Of a stretch of DNA of 64,000 nucleotides, positions 26,778 through 41,548 are shown in pieces. The stretch is from Octopus vulgaris (taxonomy: Eukaryota). Position 1 is the stretch's first letter; each line of letters opens with the position of its first letter. A program made the position numbers and the translations under genes. The notes below the pieces were generated by a model. That model was not told the DNA's origin. It ran no database searches and worked only from the letters and a program-made list of their open reading frames with translations. The stretch covers positions 38,750,001 to 38,814,000 of the forward strand of contig OX597836.1 in the NCBI GenBank assembly GCA_951406725.2, given 5' to 3'.

Positions 26778-27094
26778 GTATGATACAGATTTCAAATTTT
26801 GGCACAAGGCCAGTAATTTCAGGGAGGGAGTAAGTCAATTGCACTAGCCCCAGTGCTCAACTGGTACTGAATTTATCACCCCACAAGAGGATGAAAGGCA
26901 AAGTCGGCAGAATTTTTGCACTCAGAGCATAAAGGCGGATGAAATGCAGCTAAGAATCTTGCCCAGCATCTAAGTGATTTTTCCAGCTTGCTGCCCTAGA
27001 TGAGATAATATGGACAAGTAAGACACATTAGATCATAGAATGTTTATATATCATACCATTATGACTTAACATAAGACTGATATATCACAAAATC

Positions 27095-27425
27095 TTGAGA
27101 CCCCCTTCGGTCATGACTGACTGTGGGATTTCACCTAGAAAGTTACCCTCCCAGGCACAAGTCCGGGCAAGGTTGTTTATGGAAGACCAGCAGCCACCCA
27201 TGCATACTAGCCTCCCCTCTCCATGCCACCAGTGTTGTCCAAGGGAAAGGCAAGGGGGCTGATACAGCTTGGCACCAGTGACGTTGCAACTCATTTCTAC
27301 AGCTGAGTGAACTGGAGCAACATGAAGTAAAGTGTCTTGTTCAAGAACACAATATGCAGCACAGTCCGGGATTCAAGCTCACAACCTCACGATCATAAGC
27401 TCGACGCTCTAACCACTGAGCCATA
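27095..27425 (-). mobile_element. tRNA/CORE-like SINE (head 2, tail E); second copy on + at ~13695-13940
   Basis: Head GGCTCAGTGGTTAGAGCGTCG; body TTCTTGAACAAGACACTTTACTTCATGTTGCTCCAG; tail shared with 13795-13940. Confidence 0.8.
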
Positions 27426-28049
27426 TGCAACAGGTACTTAATTTATTGACCCTGAAAGGATGAAAGGCAAAGTCAACCTTGGCAGAATTTGAACTCAGAA
27501 TGCAAAGACAGATGAAATATCGCTAAGCATTTTCGCGCGGAATGCTAACATTTCTGCCAGCTCGTCACCATGTTGATAATACTAATAACAATGAAAATAA
27601 TAATGTTTTTTTTATTTCTAATATATATTTTGGAATCAAAAGGCATAAGCATAATTTTGTGAGAAATGAAGTGGTCTGAGATATAATGAAAGTATGGATT
27701 ATATAGTTGAATGAATAATGGCTCGAAATTCTTGGCGCAAGGCTAGTTATTTTGGGGTAGAGGCTAGTCAATTATATTGACCCTACTGCTCAAATGGTAC
27801 TTATTTTATTAACCTCAAAAGGATGAAAGGGAATGGTTTCAAGTTTGGTCACAAGGCCAGCAATTTTAGAGGATGCAGTAAGTCAGTTATATGGACCCAG
27901 GACTTTATTTTATCAACCCCCAAAATGATGAAAAGCAAAATGGACCTCAGCAGAATTTGAACTCAGAATGGAAAAACCAGAAGAAATGCCGCAAAGAATT
28001 TTTTCTATCATGCTTCTGATTCTGCTAGCTTGCTACCTTATGTGAAAGA

Positions 28050-28812
28050 ATAATTCTCTGTCTACTGTGTGGGGTACAAGGACGGAAATTTTGGAAGTAG
28101 GTGTATCAAATTATTTTTGACTTGGTGTTTGGTTGGAAGTCTATTTTATCGACCTTGAAAGGATGAACAATAAAATGAACCTCAACAGAATTTGAACTCA
28201 GAATGTAAAGACAGACAAAATACCTATTTCTTTACTACCCACAAGGGGCTAAACATAGAGAGGACAAACAAGGACAGATTTATGGATGAAGTCGATTACA
28301 TCAACCCCTGTGTGTAACTGGTACTTAATTTATCGATCCCGAAAGGATGAAAGGCAAAGTCGACCTCGGTGGAATTTGAACTCAGAACGTAACGGCAAAC
28401 GAAATACCTATTTCTTTACTACCCACAAGGGGATAAACACAGAGAGGACAAACAAAGACAGACAAATGGATTAAGTCAATTGTATCGACCCCAGTGCGTA
28501 ATTTGTACTTATTTAATCGACCCCGAAAAGATGAAAGGCAAAGTCGACCTTGGCAGAATTTGAACTCAGAACGTAACGGCAAACGAAATACCTATTTCTT
28601 TACTACCCACAAGGGGCTAAACACAGAGAGGACAAACAAGGACAGACAAATGGATTATGTCACTTAAATCGACCCCAGTGCATAACTGGTACTTATTTAA
28701 TCGACCCCGAAAGGATGAAAGGCAAAGTCGACCTCGGCAGAATTTGAACTCAGAACGTAGCGGCAGACGAAATACTGTTAAGCATTTCGCCCGGCGTGCT
28801 AACGGTTCTGCC
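28050..28812 (-). mobile_element. Family M SINE tetramer (three young units, one old)
   Basis: ~184 bp units joined at AAATACC|TATTTCTTT near 28225, 28408 and 28592. Confidence 0.85.
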
Positions 28813-29826
28813 ATTAAGCATTTTTTTCTAATGCACATATGCAATATGATTATGTACAATGAATAAAAAAAATTATGAATCCAGCAATACCATCAGAAAA
28901 ATAAAGAATCTGGATTGTTCCAAAGTCCCAAAATAATAAAAAAAAAAAAAAAGATAAGAAAACCTGGTTAACTGAGAATAATCTAAAGAGAAAGAGGTCA
29001 TCACAAGATAAAGGCTGAAACAAAAGCACCAAGAAACAAAGATTGGTGTGAATAGGTCAAGACATTTTGCATCAAACAGCATTAGAAACAGTAACAGTAA
29101 GATGAATGAATCCAAGTTCTGTGGAAATTAAAGCCTTGAGCAGAGGAACCTGAAATTTCACAGGTCAGCCAGCAATCCATTTAGTATTGCCAACATGAGC
29201 TTCAGGAGACGGGGTACTCAATTATATTGGTACCTGATTGGTACTCCTAAAGCTGATTTTAGTATTGGTCAGTGCTCCTCAATCATTTCTGTACCTATAG
29301 GCCCCTTTGATTCTTATTTACCCAGATGAACACTCCTAGCCATTTGATGACTAAAATGTCATATTTTTTATAATTAATCATTATTAGTCTTTGTATAACA
29401 TTATTAGTCTTTGTATGAAAAAAAACCCAAAACACAATTGCTAAAATATTTTTTGTAGTGTAGATGTATAACCAATTTATCGTGCATGAATTTTAACAAA
29501 ATCTTATACGGAACCGCAAGGGGGGTATATAGATCCCAGTTGAGAGAACCATTGGTATAGGTGGTGATGATGATGATGATGATGATGATGACGGTTTCTT
29601 ATATTGACAAGAGATCACAAAATTCATTGAAGAGGTGTGCAGTTAACGGAATCAACTCCAGCAAGATTGGAGCTCAAAAGCAAAGCCAAGTGAAAGAGTT
29701 AAGGCGAAGCATTTCATTTATAGTACTTCAACATTATTAGCAAAAGACAAGAGAATTATAGATCATAAATGGAAAGGTGAGTGATAAATACACACATATA
29801 TATACATACATACATATATATATATA

Positions 29827-30192
<366 letters not shown>

Positions 30193-30435
30193 ATATAATA
30201 TATGATTATATATCTATATATATATGCATATAAGGTGTATGTGTACATGTATGCCCCTCTGTGTCTGTGTGCAGTTTAATACTTCCAGATTGCCCTTCAC
30301 AGTATACCTTTACCCATAAATAATGGTATGGTGAAGGCACATTACTCACAAGTAACAGCATACCATAAACTGTAAAATGGAAGTTTAACTCTATAGGTTT
30401 ACTTCGTGAAAATACCGCATACTATTTTACCAATA

Positions 30436-30472
<37 letters not shown>

Positions 30473-30688
30473 GATGTTCCAAATGCACTACTAGCTATAT
30501 ATATATGTTTTATAATACAATTGACATTATACACTAAAAGTGCTTCCTTGAGTGTTTTATTCACTGGGTGTACAAAAACTTTCTATGTTTTAATGCTATA
30601 ATAAACTTTGCCAACATGACAGTTTTCTTATATACATGTCTGTTTGTGTGTGTGTGTGTGAGTGTATGCATATATATATATGTATATA

Positions 30689-30730
<42 letters not shown>

Positions 30731-31388
30731 TATATATCTATATATATACATATATATATATATATACATATATAAATATATATATATACATGTATGTATG
30801 TATATGAAAATATATATGAATATGCAAGATGCAAGTACATATGTGTATTTATATATACATACATACATATATATGTATATGTATATATATGCATGTATAT
30901 ATATATATATATATATATGTGTATGTATATGTATATTTATATGAATAAATATATTTGTATATGTATATAAATATGAGTGTATTTGTGTATGTATATATAT
31001 ATATATACATACATATATATATGTGTATATATGTGTATGCATATCCATGAGTGTGTGTATGTAATGATAGAATAAGCGCAAGAATAGCAAAAGGAAAATC
31101 AATAATAATAATAATAATAATAATGATAATAGTAATAATAATAATAGTAATAACTATATAATGAAGTAGAAATAAAGTGAATATATATATATATATATAA
31201 AAGGAAAGAATGGAATAACTTGTCAAACCTCATGGAATATCCATAGTTGTGGCACATCTCAAAGATAAGTTGGAAAGTCAGAAAAAGAATCAGTTGTGTT
31301 CTTTGAGTATTACGAGTGACACACCGAATCAAAAGAGTTTACATTAATATACAGAAGGAATTGGTAAACAGCAGAACTTGATACTTAC

Positions 31389-32430
31389 GGTATACTCCTG
31401 ACTTGTCGTCATTGCGTGATCTTGTTTGCTGATATTTCCTACTTCCTTTCCGTGATTGGAACCCAGTTTGTACAGACCCTTTTCTGTCCAATGGATGATC
31501 ACAAAAATCCTTTGAAAGTTCGCAGCATGTGGATTCTGTGAAATTCGAAGTACTCTCAAATCCACTGGCAGGAAAGACATTTGGTTGTAAGAATCGTTGA
31601 ATGAATTTACTTGGGTAACCGTTAAGGGCTACTTGCTGGCTTGGCCCATTGTGTTTGACATTACCGAACCTCTTTCTCTCTGAAGAGTTTGCAACGGAAG
31701 CTAAATTTTCGGACGCATGATGATGGTGGTGGCTACTAGTGTGATGGTTGTTGTGCTGATGTGAATCTTTCTGTTGTTGGTTGTGGTGATGATGATGATG
31801 ATGGTGATGCTGATGGGTAGCACCATCACCATGCCCGGCTGCTGATGTTGATGATGATGATGACGTGTGATGATGTGATGGAATGTGTGTGGGTACACCC
31901 CTCGGAGACACTTCCCCATGAGGCGTTGCTGGCCTTGTTGATGGTGACGGTAAGCTTCCTGCGCTGAAGGAAGCGTTCCTTAACAGTTCGTACTCCATGT
32001 ATTCGATGAGGGCTCGACGTTTCTGTTGGAACTTTCTGTGATGTCGCATAAAAGATATACAGAGGAACACAGTCATAGAGATTGCAACGCTAACCGCTGG
32101 CCACCAGGGGTGGCGGAGTCCATAACCAGCGTCAGAATTTGACATAGTAGAAGTTGGTTCTCCAGATTGGACAATACCTGTTGCAGGTACTCCCTCTCCG
32201 TTCAACGGAACCCGAGTGTCTCGGGAATTGTCCATGAGCAAACTATTATTACGCACCGTCGACAACAGGAGGGGGTGCGTTGTTGTTGTTGCAATCGCAG
32301 CCGAAGTAATCGTGGTTGTTGTAGTAGTAGTAGTTGTTGTTGTTATTGTTGATGTTGTTGTTGTGACAGCAGCAACTACAGCAGCAACTACGGCAGCCGC
32401 TGTGACAGCGCTGCTACCATTGAAAGCCAT
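31389..32430 (-). CDS. First (or only) coding exon of an orphan single-pass membrane protein: Thr-rich ectodomain, TM helix, His-rich cytoplasmic tail
   Basis: 1.09 kb open frame of mostly non-repetitive sequence. ATG at 32430 in GTGATGG context with in-frame TGA upstream (32478-76). TM WWPAVSVAISMTVFLCISFM followed by RHHRKFQQKRR. Phase-1 donor C|GTAAGT at 31389/31388; the unspliced frame stops at 31339. Candidate acceptor CATTTCCCTGTGATCTCAG ending at 32497. Confidence 0.75.
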
Positions 32431-33779
32431 CACGGTAGAAGTGATGGCAATTTCACACGGTTCATATAAGCATACTCAAAGCTTAGCACAGACACACTGA
32501 GATCACAGGGAAATGATGAGTATAAATATATAGCGTATATATACATAAAATATCTAGCAGAAATATATATATATATATCAATTCATATATATCAATCTAT
32601 CTCTTTATATATAAATATGCATATACATATATATATATATAAATATAAATATAAATATATATATATATGTATATGTGTATATATATATATGTATATTTAT
32701 ATATGCATGTATATATGTATATATATATATATATAAATATATGTGGGTGTGTATGTATACAAATGTACACTAGAGTACACAGGTGTGTGTTCTTCAGAAA
32801 GTAAAATTTATGAAATATCAACACGGCATTTGAATCAAGAAGCGATATTAATTAGCATTAAAATAGTCAGTTTCTCTCAGGTGTTCGTTGTCTGTTTGAG
32901 GCAGTCGAGCAAAACGGTCAGTGTTACTGGACCATTTGCTATGGCTGTAGAGTTACTGGTTTACAACAATGGAAATTCTTCCTTTGTCTATTTTTTTTCC
33001 TTTTATTTGCTTGTTTGTTTGTTGTTGTTGTTGTTTTTTTCCCCCCTTTTTTTTTTCACAATGGTTTGCCAGTTCTTTGTAGATACATCTGCCAGTTGTT
33101 ACCCAGCCTTGGTATCATTCATATGTACGCCAATAATGCAACACTTACGTATGCATACAGATATATATAAATATATACATATGTTTTTTGCATATGTGAA
33201 TTGCAGGGTTATGTCGTATGTGGAACCCCACTTGTAGAAAATAGAAATAAACAGTCTCCGACTGCGGCTAAGCAACCTGTTGCCTGCCCCTTCTATTTAT
33301 ATACATATATAAATATATATGTATATTTATGTATAAATAACAATTGCAGATGTATCTAAATATGCATTTACAGCAGTATATGCGTGTATTTGTGTGTGTA
33401 TCTTTGAGTGCCTGAGTGATATATATATATATATATATGTAGATATATGTATATAAATATATTTATATATATGTATGCATGTGTGTGTATTTGTATGTAT
33501 GTGTATGTTAATTATAGCACATGGAGTCAGGCATTGGCTATCACAAGTATAGAAAGTTTTGTGTTGGCTTTGAAAAACAACAATAACAGTAATAGCAACA
33601 ACAACAAGGAAAGACAAATGGCTTATCACAAACACTTATATTTGTGTGTATGTGTGTATATATGTGTGTATATGTATATATATATTTGTATGTGTGGGGG
33701 TGTATATGGGTGTATATATATATATGCACAAAAATATAAATATTTGTCAACAAATACTGTGTACAAATAAACTGCAATA

Positions 33780-33974
33780 ATGATAATATAACAACAGTAA
33801 CAGCAATAATAATAATAATAATAATAATAACAACAACAATAATAATACTAAGTTATAATTATATTAATAATAATATTTTATAATAATAAGTTATAACATT
33901 TATAATAATAACAATGATAATACTACTAAGTTATAATATTAACAATAAGTTAATATAAATAAGTTATAATAGTG

Positions 33975-34020
<46 letters not shown>

Positions 34021-34325
34021 CAACAATAATAATACTAAGTTATAATTATAATATTAATGATATTTTATAAGTTATGATAATATCAATAATAATAAGAACG
34101 ATAATAATATACTAAGTTATAATATTAATAATAAGTTATAATAGTGTTAATAATAATAATAATAACAACAACAATAATAATACTAAGTTATAATTATAAT
34201 ATTAGTAATATTTTATAAGTTATAATAATATCAATAATAATATACTGAGTTATAATATTAATAATAAGTTAATACAAATAATAAGTTATAATAGTGTTAA
34301 TAATAATAATAATAATAATAGTAAT
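33780..34325. repeat. AT-rich degenerate minisatellite built on TAAGTTATAA and (AAT)n
   Basis: (AATAC)TAAGTTATAAT recurs more than ten times. Confidence 0.8.
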
Positions 34326-34870
34326 AGTAGTGGGTGTAATTTCTATCTTCTTTTGTTGGTGTGTTGGTTTACATGGTTTCTGGTTCTCTCGCTTCGCTTC
34401 TATTCTAACTTATTCCTGAGACACCTTGCAACATAAGTACCAGATGTGGACCTCTGATAATTTTTTTGAAGAGATTCAGCGAAACGAGCACCGTTAGTTG
34501 CGACAATATCAGTAATAATAACAATAGTAACAATAAAGACAACAATAGCAACAGCAACAGCATCAACAATATTGACAACATAACAATAACATCGAAAGAG
34601 CTCAAGTCATTCACAATTTTTGAATATTACAACTAAATTTCCCGTTACACTCCGCTGCTGGCAATTTTCATGATGTCGTTAGAAATTATTACTTCTTTTA
34701 TTATTATTATTATTATTATTATTACGAACGAATTATTATTATTATTTAATTATTATTGTTGTTGTTGTTGTTGTTGTTATTTTGCAGGAAAAAATTAAGG
34801 GGATAGTTGTTGCAGTTGTTGGCTTTGTATAATATTTACATTCTCTTTAAAGAAATTTCTCCGATGTTTA

Positions 34871-34913
<43 letters not shown>

Positions 34914-36264
34914 TGTAAAAATATATATATATATGTATGTATGTATGTATATATATATGTATGTTTGTATGTATGTATATATGTATGTATGTGTATATTT
35001 ATGTATGTATATTACATATAAATGTATGGCTATGTATGGTAGGTATATTTCATTATATATTTTACACACTTTTATATTTTTATATACTTATGTGTATTAT
35101 ATTTCACAGTATTTTTTAAAAAAATTATTATTTTACAAATCATCTTTTCCCATGTTGCTGTTGTCGTTGTTGCTGCTGTCACCCGTTATTGGTGTATATG
35201 TTGTTATTTGTGATGTTGTTGTTGTTGTTGTTGTTATTCCCACAATTATGGTAATCCTTCGCAATTGTAATTATCCACTGTATGGTTAATTGTGTCTGTT
35301 CTTTTTCCTCTTCTTTTTCTTCTTCTTCTTCTCCTCAATGTTCATGTTATTCCATAACGCTTCAAAACACTTTTCTTCTCAGAAACCTTCTTTTTTCTTT
35401 CTCTTTCTAGCTTTTTCCGGCGTCAATTTTTAGCTTTTTTTTTTTTGTATTTTATCAATGTTACAATTAATTATTATCTAATCACCTGATATATTTAATC
35501 ACCATTTTTTAAATTATTGTTATTGTTGTTAATACACTAACAATAGTTAGCACAATTTTTTATTTTGCTATATATATATATATATATATACATATATATA
35601 CATACATAAAATTAATATATATTTGTGTGTGGTATCTCACAGTGCTAAAATTTTCTCTGCAATTTATAATTTTTTTATTTTTATTATTTTTTTAGTTGTT
35701 GTAAATTTTTAAATTTTTTTTTTTCAATATTGCATTGTACAGTAATATTATGACTGTGTTGTCCTTGTGGCAAATATATGGGAAATATGTTTTTTTTTTT
35801 TGAAAAAAAAACGTTATTTCGTCTTTTGCATTTATTGTTGCTTCTCTTGTGACCACTTGTTGCTGTACTTGTACACAGTCAATTTGTTGTGGTTGTTGTT
35901 GTTGTAGTAGTTGTTACTGCTGCTGCTGCTGCTGTTATAGATGAGTGCTGCTGCTGCTGCTGCTAGTGCCTCTGTTGCTACTGTAACTGTTATTACTGCC
36001 GCTGCTGCTGCTGTTGCTGCTGCTACTTCTTGTTGATGTTGTAATTCACGTCGATGTGAAGGAAAATACTATCTCAAAGGCTTTTGCTTACTTCGTCAGA
36101 ATGGTTATAATTGTTATAGTATTGTTGTTGCTGTTGTTATTGGTGGTGGTGGTGCGCTTTTTACTCGCTAACGACTTCTACTTTCACTTTCGCCATTCAA
36201 TCATTCCCGGATAATTATACAAGCATGTGTGCGTATATACATATGTATATTATATATTATACAA

Positions 36265-36302
<38 letters not shown>

Positions 36303-36953
36303 TATGCTATATATATATATATATATGTATACTGTATATATTATATATATGAGTATATATGTGTATGTATGTATGGTTATATGTATGTATGAATATATTC
36401 ACTTACACAGAGACTGGATTTTTATACGCACGAAGACCGGAGTTAAACAATGAAAGGATGTATGTAGAGGATTTAAATGATACTGTTGTTGTTGTTGTTG
36501 TTCATATACAACAGTTGTGGATGTTGTCGATGATGATGATGATGGTGGCGATGATTATGACAATGACAGCTATATATATTACATGTGTGTGTGTGTGTGT
36601 GTGTTTGTGCACACGCGGGTGTATGTATAATGCAAACCTAAAGATGCGTGTTTGTCGAGTGCAAAGATCAAACCTCGACTACTTCTTGCGTATAAAAAGT
36701 TTACGAGGCGCAACATGTAATAAAAGCCAAAAAACAAAAAAAAAAAAACTGAGTGAAAGAGAGAGAGTGGGAGAAGGAAGGCGGGCGGGAGGGAGGGAGG
36801 GAGGGATAGACTATAACAATAATAGCAGCAACAACAACAACAATTACTTATACACGAATCAAAAATTGATTTACAACTCGTCAATTATCTCTGCGTTTCC
36901 GTCTTTAACGAAAAATCACGATCGCCCTTCCTTTCGTTTTCTTTTGATATTTT

Positions 36954-37008
<55 letters not shown>

Positions 37009-37236
37009 CACACTCTTCCACTCTTTTTTTTTCCCCACCACACTTCTACGTTTTCTTTTTCGATCTCTCTCCCTTTCTCTTTCTAACTTCCAATCTTTTT
37101 TTTTTTCCTTCTTTCCCCCCTTTTTTTTTCCTACTTTCGCTTTGATTCTTTTTTACACTCTACTTTCACTCTCACATTTTCCCTTCGTTCTTTTGTTTTC
37201 CCTATGTATATATATATATATAAGATCTGTTTTCCC

Positions 37237-37316
<80 letters not shown>

Positions 37317-38172
37317 ATCTGTTTTCCCTATGTATATATATATAAGATCCGTATATGCGCTTTCTCTTTACCTTGTTTTTCTGCAAGTTTAGGATCAATG
37401 GAATTAGTAAGGGCTTTGATTCCCCCAAAAGAACAGTACAAAAATAATACAAACGTTTGGTTATATTTTACATTAAATTGTAATATATCGTACTATACCA
37501 TAGTGTAATTAATTGATATCATATTGTATTGTGTTGTTTCATATCGTGCTGTGTGGACTCATATCGTGCTATGTTGTATTATGTTTATATGTTATATGAT
37601 TGTTATATGACATTCTCTCATGTTGTATTAGTAATATATATTATTTATGTTATATTATTTTATATGGAAACAAGGTGTTTGAACGATTCGAAGATAAAGG
37701 AGAAGGAAGTAAATAAGTAGATAGATATGAAAGTGTCGAAGGAAACGAGACACAGTTGAAGAGATGCTGGAGATGATGATGATGATGATGGTGATGAAGA
37801 TGGTAATGATGGAGAAGATGCTGATGGTGGTGGTGTTGCTGCTGGTTGTGGTGGTATGTATGAAATACAGCTGTTACTACTGTCATTACAGCTGATGTAC
37901 TCGATGCTGTTGCTGTTGATGGTAATATTGTAGATGATGCTGTAGCTGCGGTTGTAGTATATGGTGTTGTTGTTGCTGCTGTTGCTGTTGTTGCTGTTGT
38001 TGTACTTGTTAATGATATTGCAGTTGTTGTTGTTGTTGTCGTCGATCAGAGTGGCAAGTGCGACAGTAACAAAACTCATCCCGACCGTCATTCACCAAAA
38101 CATGGTTGCTGTAGTAGTAGTAATAGTGGTGGTGGTAGTAGTAGAAGTAATAGTAGTAGTAGCAGTAGTAGC

Positions 38173-38208
<36 letters not shown>

Positions 38209-38218
38209 GGTGGTGGTA

Positions 38219-38292
<74 letters not shown>

Positions 38293-38357
38293 GGTGGTGG
38301 TGGTAGTAGTAGAAGTAATAGTAGTTTTATATATTTGTAGTCGTAGCAGCGGCGGTA

Positions 38358-38768
38358 CTAGTTCGCAGTTGTGGATTTAATGAGAAGCGAAACGAAAACA
38401 TTAATAATAGTAATAATAATGATGATAGTAATAATCCATTGTGGCAAAAACTTTGATCCTTTCAGCTGCTGTTGATAAAGATCGTGATAACGACATCGAT
38501 GAAGGAGATGAAGACGGCGATGATGATGATGATGATGATGATGATGAGAGACCTGGTGGCATTGCTGCAAATGTTGTTCTTGTTTTGATAGAGCTGGAGG
38601 CAGAGGAAGAGGAAGAGGAAGAAGAAGAGGGAGTTCTGGTCGGCATGGTCGTTGCTTCTGGTGCTGCTGCTGCTGTTGTTGTTGCTGTTGTTGCTGTTCT
38701 TCTTGTGGTTGTTGTTGCTGCTGTTGTTGTTGTTGTAAAGTGAACAGCAGCAACACTCTTGCATCCAT
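38358..38768 (-). CDS. Possible 136-aa small ORF/uORF (polyQ, Pro-rich, polyH, C-terminal hydrophobic helix)
   Basis: Starts at GCCATGG (ideal Kozak), on the same strand as and upstream of the 32430 exon. Largely trinucleotide repeats, so it may be non-coding. Confidence 0.25.
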   Translation of the reverse strand: MDARVLLLFTLQQQQQQQQQPQEEQQQQQQQQQQQHQKQRPCRPELPLLLPLPLPLPPALSKQEQHLQQCHQVSHHHHHHHHHRRLHLLHRCRYHDLYQQQLKGSKFLPQWIITIIIIITIINVFVSLLIKSTTAN

Positions 38769-39308
38769 GGCCGTCGCCCTGTCACGACGAGATTTCGTGA
38801 TACCAAGCTCCCGCGTGTCGTCGTCGTTGTTCGTCGTCGTTCGTCACTCACTGTCGTCGTTGTTGTCGATGTCGTTGGTGATGGTCGTGGTGTGTTGACA
38901 CTAGCGGCACCACCACCACCGCCAATCGTCGCTGCTATTTCGAACAGGAGATAACAGCGCTGCTTCCTTCATCGAACATGTAGCAGCGCGGCTGCTATAC
39001 ACACGCATTCACTACACTCACTACACTCACTCACATACTCATACATACACATGCACACACAAACACATTCATATACATACATACATACATACATACATAC
39101 ATACATACATACATACAAACATACTCAGTTTTCCTTATACAAACACACATATATATACATAGATATATACACGCAGATATGTACACACATTGACATTCTC
39201 ACACAGATAACACACTATAAAATAGGCGCGCTCACATATATTTACTTATATACATATAAATATACATACATACATACATATATATACATACATACATACA
39301 TACATACA

Positions 39309-39344
<36 letters not shown>

Positions 39345-39364
39345 TACAGTAAGTTTTATATATG

Positions 39365-39412
<48 letters not shown>

Positions 39413-39428
39413 CCTACCTATCTATATC

Positions 39429-39473
<45 letters not shown>

Positions 39474-41154
39474 ATTCTTTGTTCCGTTATTGTTGCTTTT
39501 TCACGCACAGACACAGATATACACACATACACACACACATCTGTTCATCTCTGGAATCTTCTCTCCTTCATTTTCTTTCTTTCTTTCATTCATTCTTTCT
39601 TCCTTTTTCTTTCATTCATTCATTCTTTCAATTTCGCTGTCAACCACCTCCATTTTTCATGTTCATAGTTCCTTCTTTATTTTACTTTTATTCACGCTTT
39701 TCTCCCACATTTCTCCCCTTATCTCCCCACTTTCACACACGCACACTTGTAGACATATACATATATTCTATACACACGACTGTATGTATTATATGTGCGT
39801 GTGTGTTTGTACATGTGTATATGTACATAAATATATATACATACACAATATTATACATATATGATATATAGATATCCATATACGTGCAAATATGTTATAT
39901 ACTTGTACATATGTACACACATAGAGGATACAATATAATATACATTTAATATGATATATACATACACACACACATATATATGTGTGTGTGTGTATATATC
40001 TAGCTATCTATATATATGTGTGTGTGTGTGTAGTATTTGTAGAACACACATGCCCAATACATTTTATATATATATAGTAATGTTCTATAAAGTATATATG
40101 ATATATATATATACTATCCAGTATATTATGTTATATATATATACACGCACACACATATACATACATACATACATACATACATACATACATACATACATAC
40201 ATACATACATACATACATACATACAAACTTACATACATACATACATACATACAGACATACATACATACATACATACATACTTACATACATACATACATGC
40301 AAACATATAATTATACAATTGTGTGAGAGTGTAATCGTACACACACACGCACATATATTTTAGCTTTTACCGTTTTTGCTACACTCTTTCAATTGCGCCT
40401 ATATCTCCAAGTCTCTTTCATTCTCTTTTACTCACACACACACACACTCTCTCTCTCTCTCTCTCTCTCTATCTACCCATCTATCTAACTCATTATTCAT
40501 AACCCATACTACTATAAGCGCTTCATCGCGATTCTCCTCATTTTCATTACGAATCGCTGGATGATTCCAAGCTTCTTGTAAAAGCGCAACAAAACCCGCA
40601 ATCTCGCCCACAATCATTCATGTGACACACAACCTTATCCCCATCATCATCATCATCATCATCACCACCACCATTCTTATCATCATTATCATCGTAAATG
40701 TTTTTGTTTTTTAATTTTTGCTTGTAACGCCAGAAACAGTGAACCGTTTCGCCGTTCTCCACCGGTATGCGCATCTCTCTCTTTCTTTGTCTCTGCCTCT
40801 CTGTCTCTGCCTCTCTCTCTTGAGCCAGCCAGACAGATGTCACTGTGCGCCTGTCTAATCTGTCTGTATCTATGTTGACTATATTCTATGCACGCATCAT
40901 TGTTATCCACCACTAACTACTGCTTTGTTGTTTATATATCTTCAGTGATAGTATTAGAGTTATCCCCCTTTGCTGGCAGCTTTCAGATCTGACACAACGG
41001 TAGAGGGAGGTTTTAGTTTCTCATCGCAAAAATGATCTCAGTTTGAAGTTTTCAACACATTTTATTACGTATGACTACTTATATATGTGTGTGCGCGCGC
41101 TTGTGTGTTTGTATGTGCGTATATTCATTGGCACATGTATACACACGCAATATA

Positions 41155-41197
<43 letters not shown>

Positions 41198-41251
41198 ATC
41201 TATCTATCTATCTATCTATATATATATATTATATCTATGTATGTATGTATG

Positions 41252-41318
<67 letters not shown>

Positions 41319-41335
41319 ATATATATATATATATA

Positions 41336-41548
41336 TACTTTATTTAAAAGCACCAGAAATATAACAAAAGGTGTTACTCGGAGTTTCACGTTCCCGTTCG
41401 TCGGGCAGTTTTGTTAAAATCGGGAACGTGAAACTCCGAGTTACAGCTTTTGTTAAATTTCTGCTGCTTTTAAATAAAGCATATTACTCTACTTCTGGTA
41501 TTTGAGTACTCCTTTTTACACCTTGTTTTACATTTATGTGCTTACTCC

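Noticed and set aside
40964-40978. CTCF-like motif (GCCAGCAAAGGGGG on the minus strand)
   Set aside because: Mismatches at core positions; expected by chance.
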